Of a DNA stretch of 64,000 bases, positions 12,690 to 26,797 are shown piece by piece. Location of the stretch: positions 175,274,001 to 175,338,000 of the forward strand of contig OZ024743.1 of the NCBI GenBank assembly GCA_964016885.1, written 5' to 3'. Made by a program: the position numbers and the translations under genes. Position 1 is the first letter of the stretch. Each line of letters begins with the position of its first letter. Below the pieces are notes generated by a model. It was not told the origin of the DNA and made no database searches. It was given only the letters and a program-made list of their open reading frames with translations. This stretch comes from Eledone cirrhosa (taxonomy: Eukaryota).

Positions 12690-12870
12690 ATAGCTTCTAC
12701 AGGACTAGAACTGTTTCATTAAAAAAATCATTAGGGCTTTCCTGATGATTTCTTTTGAATTAAACTGTTCTAGTCTTGTAGAAATCATTTATATATTAAA
12801 CATGATGTTTACACTCTACTAATGTATTGAGTACCTTACTAACTGTGGTTACCCCCGATTGAATCAGGGA
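12690..12870 (+). repeat. fold-back mini-element, probable Penelope pseudo-LTR remnant
   Basis: inverted arms ctacaggactagaac / gttctagtcttgtag with CTGATGA inside; homologous to 55708-55900 and 58288-58330. Confidence 0.55.
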
Positions 12871-13201
12871 CTCACTCACACATAGATAGGGCTTGATTTA
12901 ATGGGCCAAAGGGGGCAAATTTTCCAGGCTCCCTGCAGTTGGGGGACCCCGCTAGCGACGGCCGAAACAATTTATATGTGCCCTCAACTAGGCTTTTTAG
13001 TTTTCGGATGGCTAGATTTTTTGAATTTAATACCTGTATGTATAACTTTTCAATTCCAATAACTTGCGCCAAGTAACTTTGATATGTAAAATTTGGGAGG
13101 TGGGGTGGGGGCACTTTGCTATGTATTATAGTTTGTTTGTGTATGAGGCGACCCTCAGACATGAAGTGCCTCGAGTCTCCCCAAGTTCTATATCCAACCG
13201 T

Positions 13202-13283
<82 letters not shown>

Positions 13284-13298
13284 ACATACACACACACA

Positions 13299-13360
<62 letters not shown>
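13202..13360. repeat. (CA)n microsatellite
   Basis: direct reading; a similar tract lies at 14024-14212. Confidence 0.97.
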
Positions 13361-13365
<5 letters not shown>

Positions 13366-14024
13366 ACTGACGCTTTAGCATTGTTAGGCTTTAATGTTTT
13401 AGTGTACTATCGGAAAACGCTATACATTTGAGTTAACCGCGTATGTGTGATATAATTAACATTAATTAGATGCATTAATTAAATATATTGGAGAATCGTG
13501 AAGGCTGTCGTTTTAGTTATACACATTCATTGTGAACAGAAAACCATTGTCCAATATATTCAATATCAATAGGTATCAATACGTATCAATACCATTCAAG
13601 GAAAATATCTGATCTTTATTAGAGGGAAACGTGTGCAAAATAACCATGTTTCAGATAAGTTAGTGTAATATACGTTGAAGATTTCTAGAGTTTCGGACAG
13701 GACGTGTGAGTATTCTGTTCTTGACATGGTATATTAACATAGCCATTTCTCAGTTTGATTGAAATCCTTTATGTTGGTGTGAACTAGCATTCGTTTAATT
13801 GAATTATAGTATATAATTAAGAAATCGTTTCACAAGCATTCATTGTCTTGTTCTTAAACGTCTTCTTCAGTTGCCATCAGTTCCAAACCATTTAGTCGAA
13901 GATATTTAATAAGTGCTACTGAATGGGTGTATAATGACATCCTTATCATCACATGCAATCGACACCGTTTTTTGATGAAGATGAAGATAAGAGGAACTGG
14001 GATACACAGACAGACACACGCACA

Positions 14025-14165
<141 letters not shown>

Positions 14166-14399
14166 ACACGCACAGACACACAGAGACACACACAGACACA
14201 GACACACACACGCACATCTTATTAATATACACCTTAATTTTATCATACAGATTTTAATCATACCTCCTGTAGCATGACGAAGCCTAAACAACTTTTGGCT
14301 GAAACCGGTACGATCATTTACCTTTTTTTTTAAATAAATGTTTTGCTGTTATTGTATGAGAAAATCCCATTACCATTTTCTACCGTTTTTCTTATTTTG

Positions 14400-14484
<85 letters not shown>

Positions 14485-14808
14485 CAATGATATTAATAAA
14501 TAGAAACTATAAAACCATATTTATTCTATTATATATATTTCAATCCGATGAGAGCGTACCGAAATTTTGGTACCCTTGAAATATATATAATAGAATAAAT
14601 ATGGTTGAAATATATATAATAGAATAAATATGGTTTTATAAATATAGTTTCCATATATTGATATTATACTCCAAATCTGTCGAGTGCTTCGAATCTGTTA
14701 TAAATATATTTGTTGAATTACCAACAAATTAAATATCCCTTTGGTTATATATATATGTATGTATATATATATATATATATATCGTTTACTTTATTTCTGT
14801 CTGCCTTT

Positions 14809-14876
<68 letters not shown>

Positions 14877-14935
14877 GCTATGTAATCTCTCTCTCTCTAT
14901 ATATATATATGTATGTAATATATATACATAATCGT

Positions 14936-15053
<118 letters not shown>

Positions 15054-15394
15054 ATATATATATATATATAAATATATATATATATTTATTGCTATAGGTA
15101 AACACATACAAAAATACATATATAAGTAGATAAAGATTATTGATTTCTCGCCTTAATAATCCAATGCTTTTATCTAAATTATCTTGAATTGAGCTTACTA
15201 TATAATTTCAATTTATAGCAACACATACGGAAAAAATATATCTACTTGTGAAATGCTATTAATACGTGTAGCTTTGTAGATGTTAAAATATTTTTAGTCG
15301 TGTACGTGTGTACATACACTGTATATACATATATATATATATATATTCTATATACATAAATGATATATATATATTATATAATATACACTGTATG

Positions 15395-15471
<77 letters not shown>

Positions 15472-15501
15472 TGTATATAATATAATATATATATATATTA
15501 T

Positions 15502-15660
<159 letters not shown>

Positions 15661-16123
15661 TAATACATGTGGGTGTGTGAATATATATGCGTGTATATAT
15701 ATATATATATATAAATATATATATGTGTGTGTGTGCGTGTCTGTGTATGTGTATATGTGTTTATAGTATGTTTGATTTCATATTTCTGACTCATGGTCAT
15801 ATAGTTATAATTTTCTGCCTGAAGCTTATCGCTTTTGAAATATTAAACTAACGAACGAGAGGAATATTTCTGCGAGTAAAGCCGAGAATTAAGCATCACG
15901 GTGCCATTTCATAATGAGCTGTTTCAGTGTATTTCTATTGAGAAGAAACACAACAAAAACATGAATAACAATAAGATCAAGATTATCATTATCAGCATCA
16001 GTATGAATATATCTAATAATCTGCAACCCACCATTATATATATATATATATATATATATTTATCAACATCATCATCACCATCGTTACAATTACCACTAGA
16101 AAAAACAAAGAAACAAACACTAA

Positions 16124-16170
<47 letters not shown>

Positions 16171-16374
16171 ACAAATAAAAGAGTAACTTAGGAGAAAAAT
16201 ACAAATTTGTAATTTTTCCCTGAGATACTTTTTGGCACTTCGAATATTTCTGCTTTTCTTTCACTGAAATGTTTTACAACAGAAGAAGGCAACAACATTC
16301 CATTCTCTCTCTCTATGGACTCCATATATTTACCCTCTGTTGAGATCTGCTGTATTCTGATTGTTATAGCAGTT

Positions 16375-16481
16375 GTTTTTGTTGTTGTTGTTGCTTCTGT
16401 TGTTTCTGTTGTTGTTGTTGTTGTTGCTTCTGTTGTTTCTGTTGTTGTTGTTGTTGTTGCTGTTGTTGTTGTTGTTGTTTC

Positions 16482-16518
<37 letters not shown>

Positions 16519-16583
16519 GCTTCTGTTGTTTCTGTTGTTGTTGTTGTTGTTATTGTTGTTGTTGATGTTGCTTCTGTTGTTTC

Positions 16584-16647
<64 letters not shown>

Positions 16648-16676
16648 GCTGTTGTTGAGTTTGCTTCTGTTGTTTC

Positions 16677-16716
<40 letters not shown>

Positions 16717-16724
16717 GCTGCTTC

Positions 16725-16761
<37 letters not shown>

Positions 16762-16778
16762 GCTGCTTCTGTTGTTTC

Positions 16779-16818
<40 letters not shown>

Positions 16819-17071
16819 GCTGTTGTTGCTTCTGTTGTTTCTGTTGTTGTTGTTGTTGTTGTTGTTTTCGATTTTGTTGTTGTTGCAGCTGTTGTTGTTG
16901 TTGTTGTTTCTTTTGTTGCTGTTGCTGTTGTTGCTGTTGTTGCTGTTTTAGTTGTTGTTGTTGTTATTGGTGTTATGACTGTTGTTGTTGTTGCTGCTGT
17001 AGTAGTAGTAGAAGTAGTAGTTGTTGTTATTGCTGCTGCTGCTGCTGCTGCTGTTGTTTTTTGTTGTTGTT
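16375..17071. repeat. compound (GTT)n/(GCT)n microsatellite with recurring gcttctgttgtttct subunit
   Basis: direct reading; produces spurious poly-Thr, poly-Val and poly-Leu ORFs. Confidence 0.93.
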
Positions 17072-17381
17072 GAAGTTGTATTTTTCCAGTGAACATTACG
17101 ATAGATCATGATAAGAGTGAGCGAGGAAATATTGATAGAGGCAGTTTTTTATTTACATACCTGACACACACACAAGCACATTCACCTCCCATACAAATAC
17201 TCACACTCATATACATATACAGCTATTATAAATATTAATTATCCATGTATGTATGTATTTTGCATGCATGCATGCATGTATGTATGCATACATATATGTA
17301 TGTATGTATGGATGGATGTATCCATGCATGCATGCATGTATGTATGAATGTAAGTATGTATGTGTGTATGTATGTGTGTGC

Positions 17382-17881
17382 GTCAGGTCGCTCTCGAGTG
17401 CTACTGGTAACATGTAACCCAGTACAACCTGTCTCATGGTCGGTTCGTCGGCGACTAAACCGGCAACCCCACCAACCTTGCTTGGTAAGGAGGGTGATAT
17501 TTGGACACCCTGCGGGATGAAATACAAGACCCTGAAAAGTAGTACTTTCTTTTTTCCTCTGGCAGTGAAAGGCCCCCAGTTGTTGTCCAACACCTTTCTA
17601 AAAGAAGGAAAACTCTGAAAAAAAAAAAAAAAAAAAAAACCTGCGGCTTCCGAAGCATTCGATGATGTTGACCAATTCTTTTCGGATAGCGTTTTCGATG
17701 CTCAGAGAGAGGGATTGGTCGAGTGCAAGGCCTTTCCACATTTAAAAAAACCTCCAAAGCACAGGCATTGCTTGTTCAGGATCTGTTACAGGTTCGTGTG
17801 GTTGGCCGTAGCCTAAAAGTGCACCATTTTCTGTAATCTTTCAAGCGATTGCAATACTCTTAACAGAATTTGCAGCCATCT
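17382..17881 (+). mobile_element. short non-autonomous RTE-derived element, second subfamily, (ATGT)n tail
   Basis: 5' about 150 nt homologous to the head of 46802-47404; gaaggaaaactctga motif; ends tgcagccatct then (TATG)n. Confidence 0.7.
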
Positions 17882-17896
17882 TGTATGTATGCATGC

Positions 17897-17929
<33 letters not shown>

Positions 17930-17967
17930 TGTATGTATGTATGTATGTATGTATGTATGTACGTACG

Positions 17968-18900
17968 TAAGTATGTACTCTCTTTCTCTTTATTTTGAGA
18001 TTGTTTTTGACCGGCCAGCTTCCCGGGTGCAAGGTTGTAAAGAAAGGAATTTGTCGTCGTCTTTTGTGTAAACATTCAACCTTTGAATGGTATGAAATTT
18101 TACAATTTTGATAGTCCCACATATCGCAACCATTTGTAGCTTATGCATTAAGGGGCGACGTTCTTTCTCCATAAATCCAAGCTCAGTTATACTTTTCTCC
18201 AGGCAGGTTGGTATATAATCTGTAGCTCCAATAAGGACGGATTTGAAGCTGAACTTGTAACTTGGATATTGGATCTGCAAACTCTTCATTAATGGTAGGG
18301 GGATATTTTCCTTACAACATTGATATCAAGTGAGTCACTGACTTCTAGAAAAGAGCGTGTTTTTAATGTTTGGTCCCAAACAACAATATTAGGACGGTAT
18401 TGCATTAATTTGGTGTTAAACTTTATTTTGAGGATCCATCAATATTCCTTTCAGTCATCAGTATCAACATGTTCCTCCCTATTTGATTTCATTTTTGTCT
18501 TCCGTAATGCATACCAGATTGTTCTAACTATCACTATCACATCGTGCCTCATCAGGAGATATTAACGAGAAAACATTCTTTCACATGTTAGCCATAATGT
18601 GGCTAACATCTCCAATCTTTGTTTTACACACCCTACATTCAGTCAACTGATAGCTTTCTTCTTTTGTGCAGTAGATAGTGGATGGGGATTTCGCATGGAG
18701 ATATCCTATAGGGTGGGATGTCAAGAACTTTTTTCTCCTGTTGAAAATGTTGCTTTAGTTTTATCATCCAGGTCTAGTGTGATGTTAATATGGATTTTAG
18801 ACCTTCACCATCCTTCTTGTATGAGAAATATAGCCTACACACATCACCATTGATGTTAAAATTTCCAATAACCCTTAAGTAGCTGGTGAGTCTTTACATT
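17968..18900 (-). mobile_element. degenerate 3' part of an R4/Dong-type RLE LINE, (CATA)n tail
   Basis: remnants RHDV, KEY-W, YRPNIVVWD, LIGATDYIP, KLQMVAICGTIKI; similar to 44700-45250; upstream boundary uncertain. Confidence 0.7.
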
Positions 18901-19577
18901 TATTTCGCCCAGTTCTTGCATCCATTTCAGTCCTTACATCCATTTCGCTCAGTTCAGCAGGTCACATGCTATTATTAGGATGAGCACAGCAAAGTATTTT
19001 GGGCAATGTGCTTGTATGCTGAGAATTCTGATCGAGTTATCTTTACTCATTAAATCGCCTTTCTAGCGTGGCTTCAGCTGATTGTGATAGGCTAGCAATG
19101 TGATAGTTGAAACATATATCATGAGGTCAACTTAAGGTTGTGGAGCTGTTGACACATATGCCAGATCACTTGTAAGGTGTCCACAAGTTTTTGGTGTTCG
19201 GTTTATACAGTGATACAGCTAAATTGTTGGTAACAGTTCTGCCTGTTCCCGCGTGGAAGTGGGAGGATTATCTTCAATGACTGGCTTTGTAGTGCTAGCC
19301 TGCCTTCAGTAAGACATTTCCGTTATATATGTATGTATATTTGTTTTGTTTGTTTGTTTGTTTGCTTGCATGCATAAATGCATTAATGCTTGCATGTATG
19401 AATGTATTTTTTATATATGTATTCAAATATGTATATAACAAACATTTAAACATACACACAAATATATATAAGTGTATGCACCATCACACATATATATAAA
19501 TGGAGGTGTATATGAAAATATATTTAAAAAATAGGTTTATATACAATTAACATATACGTAGCCTCATTACCGCCAAT

Positions 19578-19627
<50 letters not shown>

Positions 19628-19636
19628 TATATATGC

Positions 19637-19670
<34 letters not shown>

Positions 19671-19740
19671 ATATACAAACATATATATATATACATGCGT
19701 ACATAAATACATATTTACATACACACAACATACATACACA

Positions 19741-19787
<47 letters not shown>

Positions 19788-20145
19788 CATATATATGTAA
19801 ATGATGTATAATTTACAAGATGTTTTGATATATGTATGCATCGGTTTGTTTGTAAATACATATCAACACATCATTTCCCTCCACTCTTCCACTTTCCCCA
19901 CAGTTCCCCCATCCCCCACTAATGACACCCACAACTACTCTTAGACCTCTTTCATCTCCTCTCCTTCCTCCTACTCACTCTCCTCCTACTCACCTTTCTC
20001 CTACTCCCCCTTCTCTTACTTATCCTCCTTTTCACTCTCCTCTTCCTTGCTCTCCTTAACCTCCTCATCAACCATTAATAATACGTGATATATGTGCACA
20101 ATTTGCTCTCGTTAATTCGATAATAGAAGCATATATTAGACACAT

Positions 20146-20802
20146 GCATACACACCACCACATACATACACACCACCACATACATATACACCACCACATA
20201 CATATACACCACCACATACATATACACCATCACATACATACACACCACCACATACATACACACCACCACATACATACAGACCACCACATACATACACACC
20301 ACCACATACATATACACCACCACATACATATACACCACCACATACATACACACCACCACATACATATACACCACCACATACATATACACCACCACATACA
20401 TACACACCACCACATACATATACACCACCACATACATACACACCACCGCATACATATACACCACCACATACATACACACCACCACATACATATACACCAC
20501 CACATACATACACACCACCACATACATATACACCACCACATACATATACACCACCACATACATACACACCACCACATACATATACACCACCACATACATA
20601 CACACCACCGCATACATATACACCACTACATACATACACACCACCACATACATATACACCACCACATACATACACACCACCACATACATATACACCACCA
20701 CATACATACACACCACCGCATACATATACACCACCACATACATACACACCACCACATACATATACACCACCACATACATATACACCACCACATACATACA
20801 CA
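20146..20802. repeat. 18-bp minisatellite catacatayacaccacca, about 36 copies
   Basis: direct reading. Confidence 0.93.
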
Positions 20803-20918
20803 CAGAATACACATGGACATACATACGCTATGCACAATATTGTAAATATTTACAATACATATTCACACATAATCCACAAATAAACATACATATGTTATGC
20901 ACAATATATGTTTACACA

Positions 20919-20964
<46 letters not shown>

Positions 20965-21079
20965 ATATATATGTGTGTATGTATATATATATGTGTATGT
21001 ATATATATATGTATATATATATATATGTGTGTGTATATATATATATGTATATATGTGTATGTATATATATATGTGTATG

Positions 21080-21195
<116 letters not shown>

Positions 21196-21354
21196 TATAC
21201 ATACACATTTTAAACATACTATTGCGCTGTATATACACATGCTCACATGCACTACTAACATACGGTATATAATTCACATGCACACACACATACATATACA
21301 CTTGCATACATACATACATACATACATACATATGCATATACATACATACATAAT

Positions 21355-21448
21355 TGTTTCTACTTTAGGCACAAGGCCAGCAATTACCCAGTGCATTACT
21401 GGTACTCGGCGGGTTTTGCACTCAGATCGTAAAGGGACGTAACTATGC
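21355..21448 (-). mobile_element. tRNA-derived SINE fragment with internal deletion
   Basis: SINE 3' end joined directly to the box-B region. Confidence 0.8.
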
Positions 21449-21645
21449 ATACATAATACCTATATACATACGTACGTACATACATACATGTATATGTACT
21501 ACATACATACATATATATGCATATACATACATACATAATACCTATATACATACGTACGTACATACATACATGTATATGTACTACATACATATATATGCAT
21601 ATACATATACATACATAATACCTATATACATACGTACGTACATAC

Positions 21646-22111
21646 ATGGTGGCTGCCAACTCGTTTTCGAGTACGGCCACTACTTTATATCCATGTAGGA
21701 GAACCCCTACCGATGCGCTGAACGAGTGTGACATTTTAGTCCAGCCAGGGACTTGAAAACTCTGGTACAAACACTACACTTGTGACAATTATTGACACAT
21801 AGTACTGGGCTCATGGTACCATGTGACAAGTGCAGAGAGATCTCCAGATATAAAGCAATGCCTGTGCCGTGAAGCTTTTATAGTGAGCAAAGGCACTGCA
21901 CAAAGCCAGTCTCACTCTCTTAACCAAGATGATATTTACCAAAAAGAAGAACAAGTCAACATCATTGGATACCATCAGGGTTGCAGGTGTTATATCAGAG
22001 CTTTCCTTCTCCTAGAATTCTGCCTTGACAAAGGCTAAGGGGTCATCCCTCCCGGTGATTTTGGATGGCCATTGACTTTTAAGAGCTCCTTTGCCCTTTG
22101 ACAGGTTTTGT
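21646..22111 (-). mobile_element. bipartite RTE-derived non-autonomous element, 5'-truncated
   Basis: near-identical to 46802-47404; same 3' end gagttggcagccaccat then (GTAT)n. Confidence 0.82.
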
Positions 22112-22153
22112 ATATACATACATATATATATACATACATACATATATACATAC

Positions 22154-22281
<128 letters not shown>

Positions 22282-22572
22282 AAGGTCTTTTTTCTAAGCG
22301 CTCATATATTCACCTAGCTTATGCTAACAGAATAACTATGTAGCTTGTTCCCTTCCTCTCTACGGTTAGCTTTCCTCTTTGTTGTTTACTTGTCTCACTC
22401 GCTTTACGCGTTTTAATTGTCCTAATAACTTAATTTAGTTATTATTGCACCGACGTGAGATATATGATTTTTAATGCAATGAAATATCTATGATCGTCGG
22501 CAAATCACTGATGAGGGACTCATTTTATAACATGTTATCCATGTGCAACCTGCAGTATTCTTCTCCTCATTT

Positions 22573-22606
<34 letters not shown>

Positions 22607-22611
<5 letters not shown>

Positions 22612-23445
22612 AAAATCAACATACTGATTGCGGATTTGGTACGAGTGATGAGAAATGTGTCCAGCATATGCAACCCCGAAGAACTAGAGAGACACATACA
22701 ACACTTCATCCACCGTATGCAGTTCTCTGGCTACAATCAGAGAGATAAAATCAGAGTGTATAGAGGAGCCAGAATCAAATGGGAAAAAATGGTAAATAAT
22801 GACATAAATGGGACCTGCCCCTTGTATAGGAGCAAATTTTGGAATAGAATAGAAAGAACTAGGAACAAGGCTAATAGAATAAACGCATGGTATGATAGCA
22901 ATAAATACCAGAGTGTAATGTTCATCGATACAACCCCTAGAGGTGAATTAGCTTACAAATTTAGAAGGGCCCTAAATAAACATAAACTCAATATTAAGAT
23001 AGTAGAAAGACCAGGTTCCTCCGTAAAAACACTTATTAGCAAGACATACCCTTTTCAAAGACCCTCATGTATAGATATGAAATGTATAACCTGTAAAATA
23101 AGCCCCCATATTAACTGTAAAACTAGAAATGTAGTGTATAGCATAAGATGTACTGAAGGACAATGTAGAAACAAAAATATAGTGTACATAGGTGAGACAG
23201 CTCGTAGTGTAGGGAAACGGATAAATGAACACTGGCGAGACCTTCAAGATAGTAAAGAATCATCTGTACTCTACCAACATGCTAAAATAGAACACAAGGG
23301 TAAATTAGAGAACATAGAAATAAAAATAGAATCTACACACAGAAAAGACGCAATGTTTAGACAAATTACAGAGGCAATAAACATAAAAGAATTACAACCA
23401 AAATTAAATAGAAAATATGAGTGGAACAGCAACATCACAACTTAA
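22607..23445 (+). CDS. PLE ORF C-terminal fragment (RT thumb/linker plus GIY-YIG endonuclease)
   Basis: open frame 22543-23445; the first 21 codons are microsatellite and flank. Confidence 0.75.
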
Positions 23446-23651
23446 AATTAAGGACAAAATGAAAACACACACACACATAGAACAAACAACCAACCAGTAA
23501 CATATAAATAAACAAATAAATAAATGAACATAAACACACACAGACACCCGGATGTGGCGCATGCGCAGACTGGGCACACAACACACACACAGAAACAAAA
23601 TGGCGTAGGACAGAACAAAGGAGAGGCACAGAAACAAAGAAAGGAATCCGC

Positions 23652-23696
23652 AGTCACTGAAGAGGTCACAGAGTGTGTGACGAAAGAACTATGACT
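23652..23696 (+). ncRNA. minimal type I hammerhead ribozyme-like motif
   Basis: agtca-CTGAAGA-g-gtcaca[gagtg]tgtgac-GAAA-gaac-TA-tgact. Confidence 0.7.
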
Positions 23697-23844
23697 ATGC
23701 ATAAACAACTATCTGGTTGTGGAACCAACCAACCAACCAGAAATTTATAAATTTATAAATTTATTATAAATTTATTATAATAAATTGAAGTGAAAGCAAC
23801 TGGTGCGTGTGTTTCTTATTGGCAACATAACCCTCCCAAAGTAT

Positions 23845-23987
<143 letters not shown>

Positions 23988-24232
23988 TCAGGTTTGTGGT
24001 TCACCACTGTATAGAGCCGGTCTATTCCGTATGGTCAATCGTAATGTAATAATATAGAGAGTACTCAACGTAAAGCAGTTCAACCGTCTTTGTTTTTGTA
24101 GTTGGTGGTGCTATTACGGAGTTAAATATTATCGAGGGCGACCGGCTAATATAGAGGGTGCAAGATAGCGGTCGCCCTCGGGTCCTCGATTTTAAGCCCC
24201 ATGGATTTTATCTATTACATTCACGTATTATA

Positions 24233-24284
24233 TTTCGAATACCTGATGATATCACCGGATTCATACGGAAACCGGTCATTGAAA
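24233..24284 (+). ncRNA. possible degenerate minimal hammerhead motif
   Basis: CTGATGA...GAAA-ccgg-TC with imperfect helices I and II. Confidence 0.35.
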
Positions 24285-24342
24285 TGATCATAGTATAATA
24301 AACCTTTCAAGGATTTACACAAATCCAGCCTCCTGTCATTTC

Positions 24343-24439
<97 letters not shown>

Positions 24440-24456
24440 CATACATACATATATAT

Positions 24457-25043
24457 ATGGTGGCTGCCAACTCGTTTTCGAGTACGGCCACTACTTCATA
24501 TCCATGTAGGAGAACCCCTACTGATGCGCTGAACGAGTGTGACTTTTTAGTCCAGCCAGCGACTTGAAAACTCTGGTACAAACACTACACCTGTGACAAT
24601 TATTGACACATAGTGCTGGGCCCATGGTACCCTGTGTCGACAAGTGCAGAGAGATCTCCAGATATAAAGCAATGCCTGTGCCGTGAAGCTTTTATAGTGA
24701 GCAAAGGCACTGCACAAAGCCAGTCCCACTCTCTTAACCAAGATGATATTTACCAAAAAGAAGAACAAGTCAACATCATTGGATACCATCAGGGTTGCAG
24801 GTGTTATATCAGAGTTTTCCTTCTCCTAGAATTTTGCCTTGACAAAGGCTAAGGGTTCATCTCTCCCGGTGATTTTGGTTGGCCATTGACACTTAAGAGC
24901 TTCTTTGCCCTTTGACAGGTTTTGTTTTTAGTCCTGCAGGATGTCCAATGTCACCCTCCTCACCAAGAAACCTTGGTGGGGTTGCTAGTTTAGTCGCCAA
25001 CGACCCGACCGTGGGACAGGTTGTACTGGGATACATGTTACCA
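24457..25043 (-). mobile_element. bipartite RTE-derived non-autonomous element, almost full length
   Basis: near-identical to 46802-47404. Confidence 0.85.
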
Positions 25044-25110
25044 TATATGCATATACATACATACATAATACCTACATACATCTATATATATATGCATATA
25101 TATGCATATA

Positions 25111-25875
25111 CATTTTGTCCTTAATGTTGTGATGTTGCTATTCCATTCATGGTTTCTATTTAATTTTGGTTGGAGTTCATTTATGTTTATTGCCTCTGTG
25201 ATTTGTCTAAACATTGCGTCTTTTCTGTGTGTAGATTCTATTTTTATTTCTATATTCTCTAAATAGAAATAAAAATAGAAATAAAAATAGAATCTACACA
25301 CAGAAAAGACGCAAATTTTAGACAAATCACAGAGGCAATAAACATAAATGAACTCCAACCAAAATTAAATAGAAAACATGAATGGAATAGCAACATGACA
25401 ACTTACAATTAAGGACAAAATGAAAACACACACACACATAGAACAAACAACCAACCAGTAACATGTAAATAAACAAATAAATAAACAAATATAAACACAC
25501 ACAAACACCCGAATGTAACACATGCGCAAACTAAGCACGCAACACACACATATAAATAAACAAATAAATAAATGAACATAAACACACACAGACACCCGGA
25601 TGTGGCGCATGCGCAGACTGGGCACACAACACACACACAAAAACAAGATGGCGTAGGACAGAACAAAGGAGAGGCACACAAACAAAGAAAAGAATCCCCA
25701 GTCACTGAAGAGGTCACAGAATGTGTGACGAAAGAACTTTGACTATATATGAACAACCGTCCGGTTATGGAACCAACCAACCAACCGGAAATTTATAAAT
25801 TTAATTTATAATAAATTGGAGTGAAAGCAACTGGTGCGTGTGTTTCTTATTGGCAACATGACCCTCCCAAAGCAT

Positions 25876-25880
<5 letters not shown>
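25111..25880 (+). mobile_element. Penelope-like element fragment with 5' inversion (25111-25262 inverted, 25263-25880 direct)
   Basis: both parts match 23303-23850; inverted-plus-direct arrangement typical of PLE insertions; ends in (TA)n. Confidence 0.85.
25700..25744 (+). ncRNA. minimal type I hammerhead ribozyme-like motif
   Basis: agtca-CTGAAGA-ggtcacagaatgtgtgac-GAAA-gaac-TT-tgact. Confidence 0.68.
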
Positions 25881-25944
<64 letters not shown>

Positions 25945-26044
25945 CAGGGTGTCACAAAAAGTGTATACACACTTTGATTACCTGTACAGGTAATATTTAT
26001 TAGAATGCTGATGTAGTGTGTATACATTTTTGGGGGACACCTTT
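25945..26044. mobile_element. Tc1/mariner-type MITE, about 100 bp
   Basis: TIRs cagggtgtcacaaaaagtgtatacacact / agtgtgtatacatttttgggggacacctt, TA flanks; partial second copy at 58097-58172. Confidence 0.65.
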
Positions 26045-26710
26045 TATATAAATATATATAATTCTTTCTTTTGCTACATGTACGTTTTTCTACCTGCCTG
26101 TATTTTTTCCTTTCGATCCTGATTATTAAGAACTTTGAAAACTAAGAATCTAATAATATAAATATTTGAAGTGATGTTCAATAAATATTATCTATTGGTG
26201 AAAATACCCCCCCCCCCCAAAAAAAAAAAAAATAATAATAAATAATAGTAATAAATGAATGAAAACAACACCAACACATGAAGAAAGGAAAACGAAATTT
26301 CCATTAACGTTCAGACAATACTTTCAAATGGAATGTCGTTTTGTTCTACAGCTCTTACATAGAGGCGCCTCCATATTGAAGTTGGATTCTAATATATAAT
26401 GATTTATGGTTCTGATAGTATTACATTTAATTAGTGATTTACTTTGAAAATAGCTGATAATAAAACATAATAGTGAAGGTGAATTGTACCGTCTGCTATT
26501 TCAATTTATCATTATTAGGAAACGTTGATACACATTTAGCTTAACTGTTTCCAGAATTGTTTTTCCTCTTATTGTTTCTTCTTTTGTATCTTTATCCTTC
26601 TTCTTTTCTTGTTAGCTTTTCTACAGTTGTTTTCTTCGTACATTTATTTCGTTCATTCTTTATTTTCATGGTGTGATTCTTTTAATCCCCCTTTGCTCTC
26701 TATTTGCCCC

Positions 26711-26791
<81 letters not shown>
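26711..26791. repeat. (TATC)n tract immediately 5' of the Tx1 B array
   Basis: direct reading; further TATC tracts at 32388-32450, 37010-37026 and 41947-41962 separate the elements. Confidence 0.97.
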
Positions 26792-26794
<3 letters not shown>

Positions 26795-26797
26795 TAA

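Noticed and set aside
14265-14315. Hammerhead at atgacga-agcc..ggct-gaaa-ccgg-ta
   Set aside because: The core C3 is missing and helix I is unconvincing; at most a decayed remnant.
16188-17096. 302-aa Thr-rich ORF resembling a mucin
   Set aside because: Almost entirely an (ACA)n compound microsatellite that is open in several frames. No domain or splice evidence; the short unique tail (ISTEGKY...) is not recognisable.
20146-20802. CRISPR-like array
   Set aside because: Contiguous tandem units with no unique spacers, in a eukaryotic context with no cas genes.
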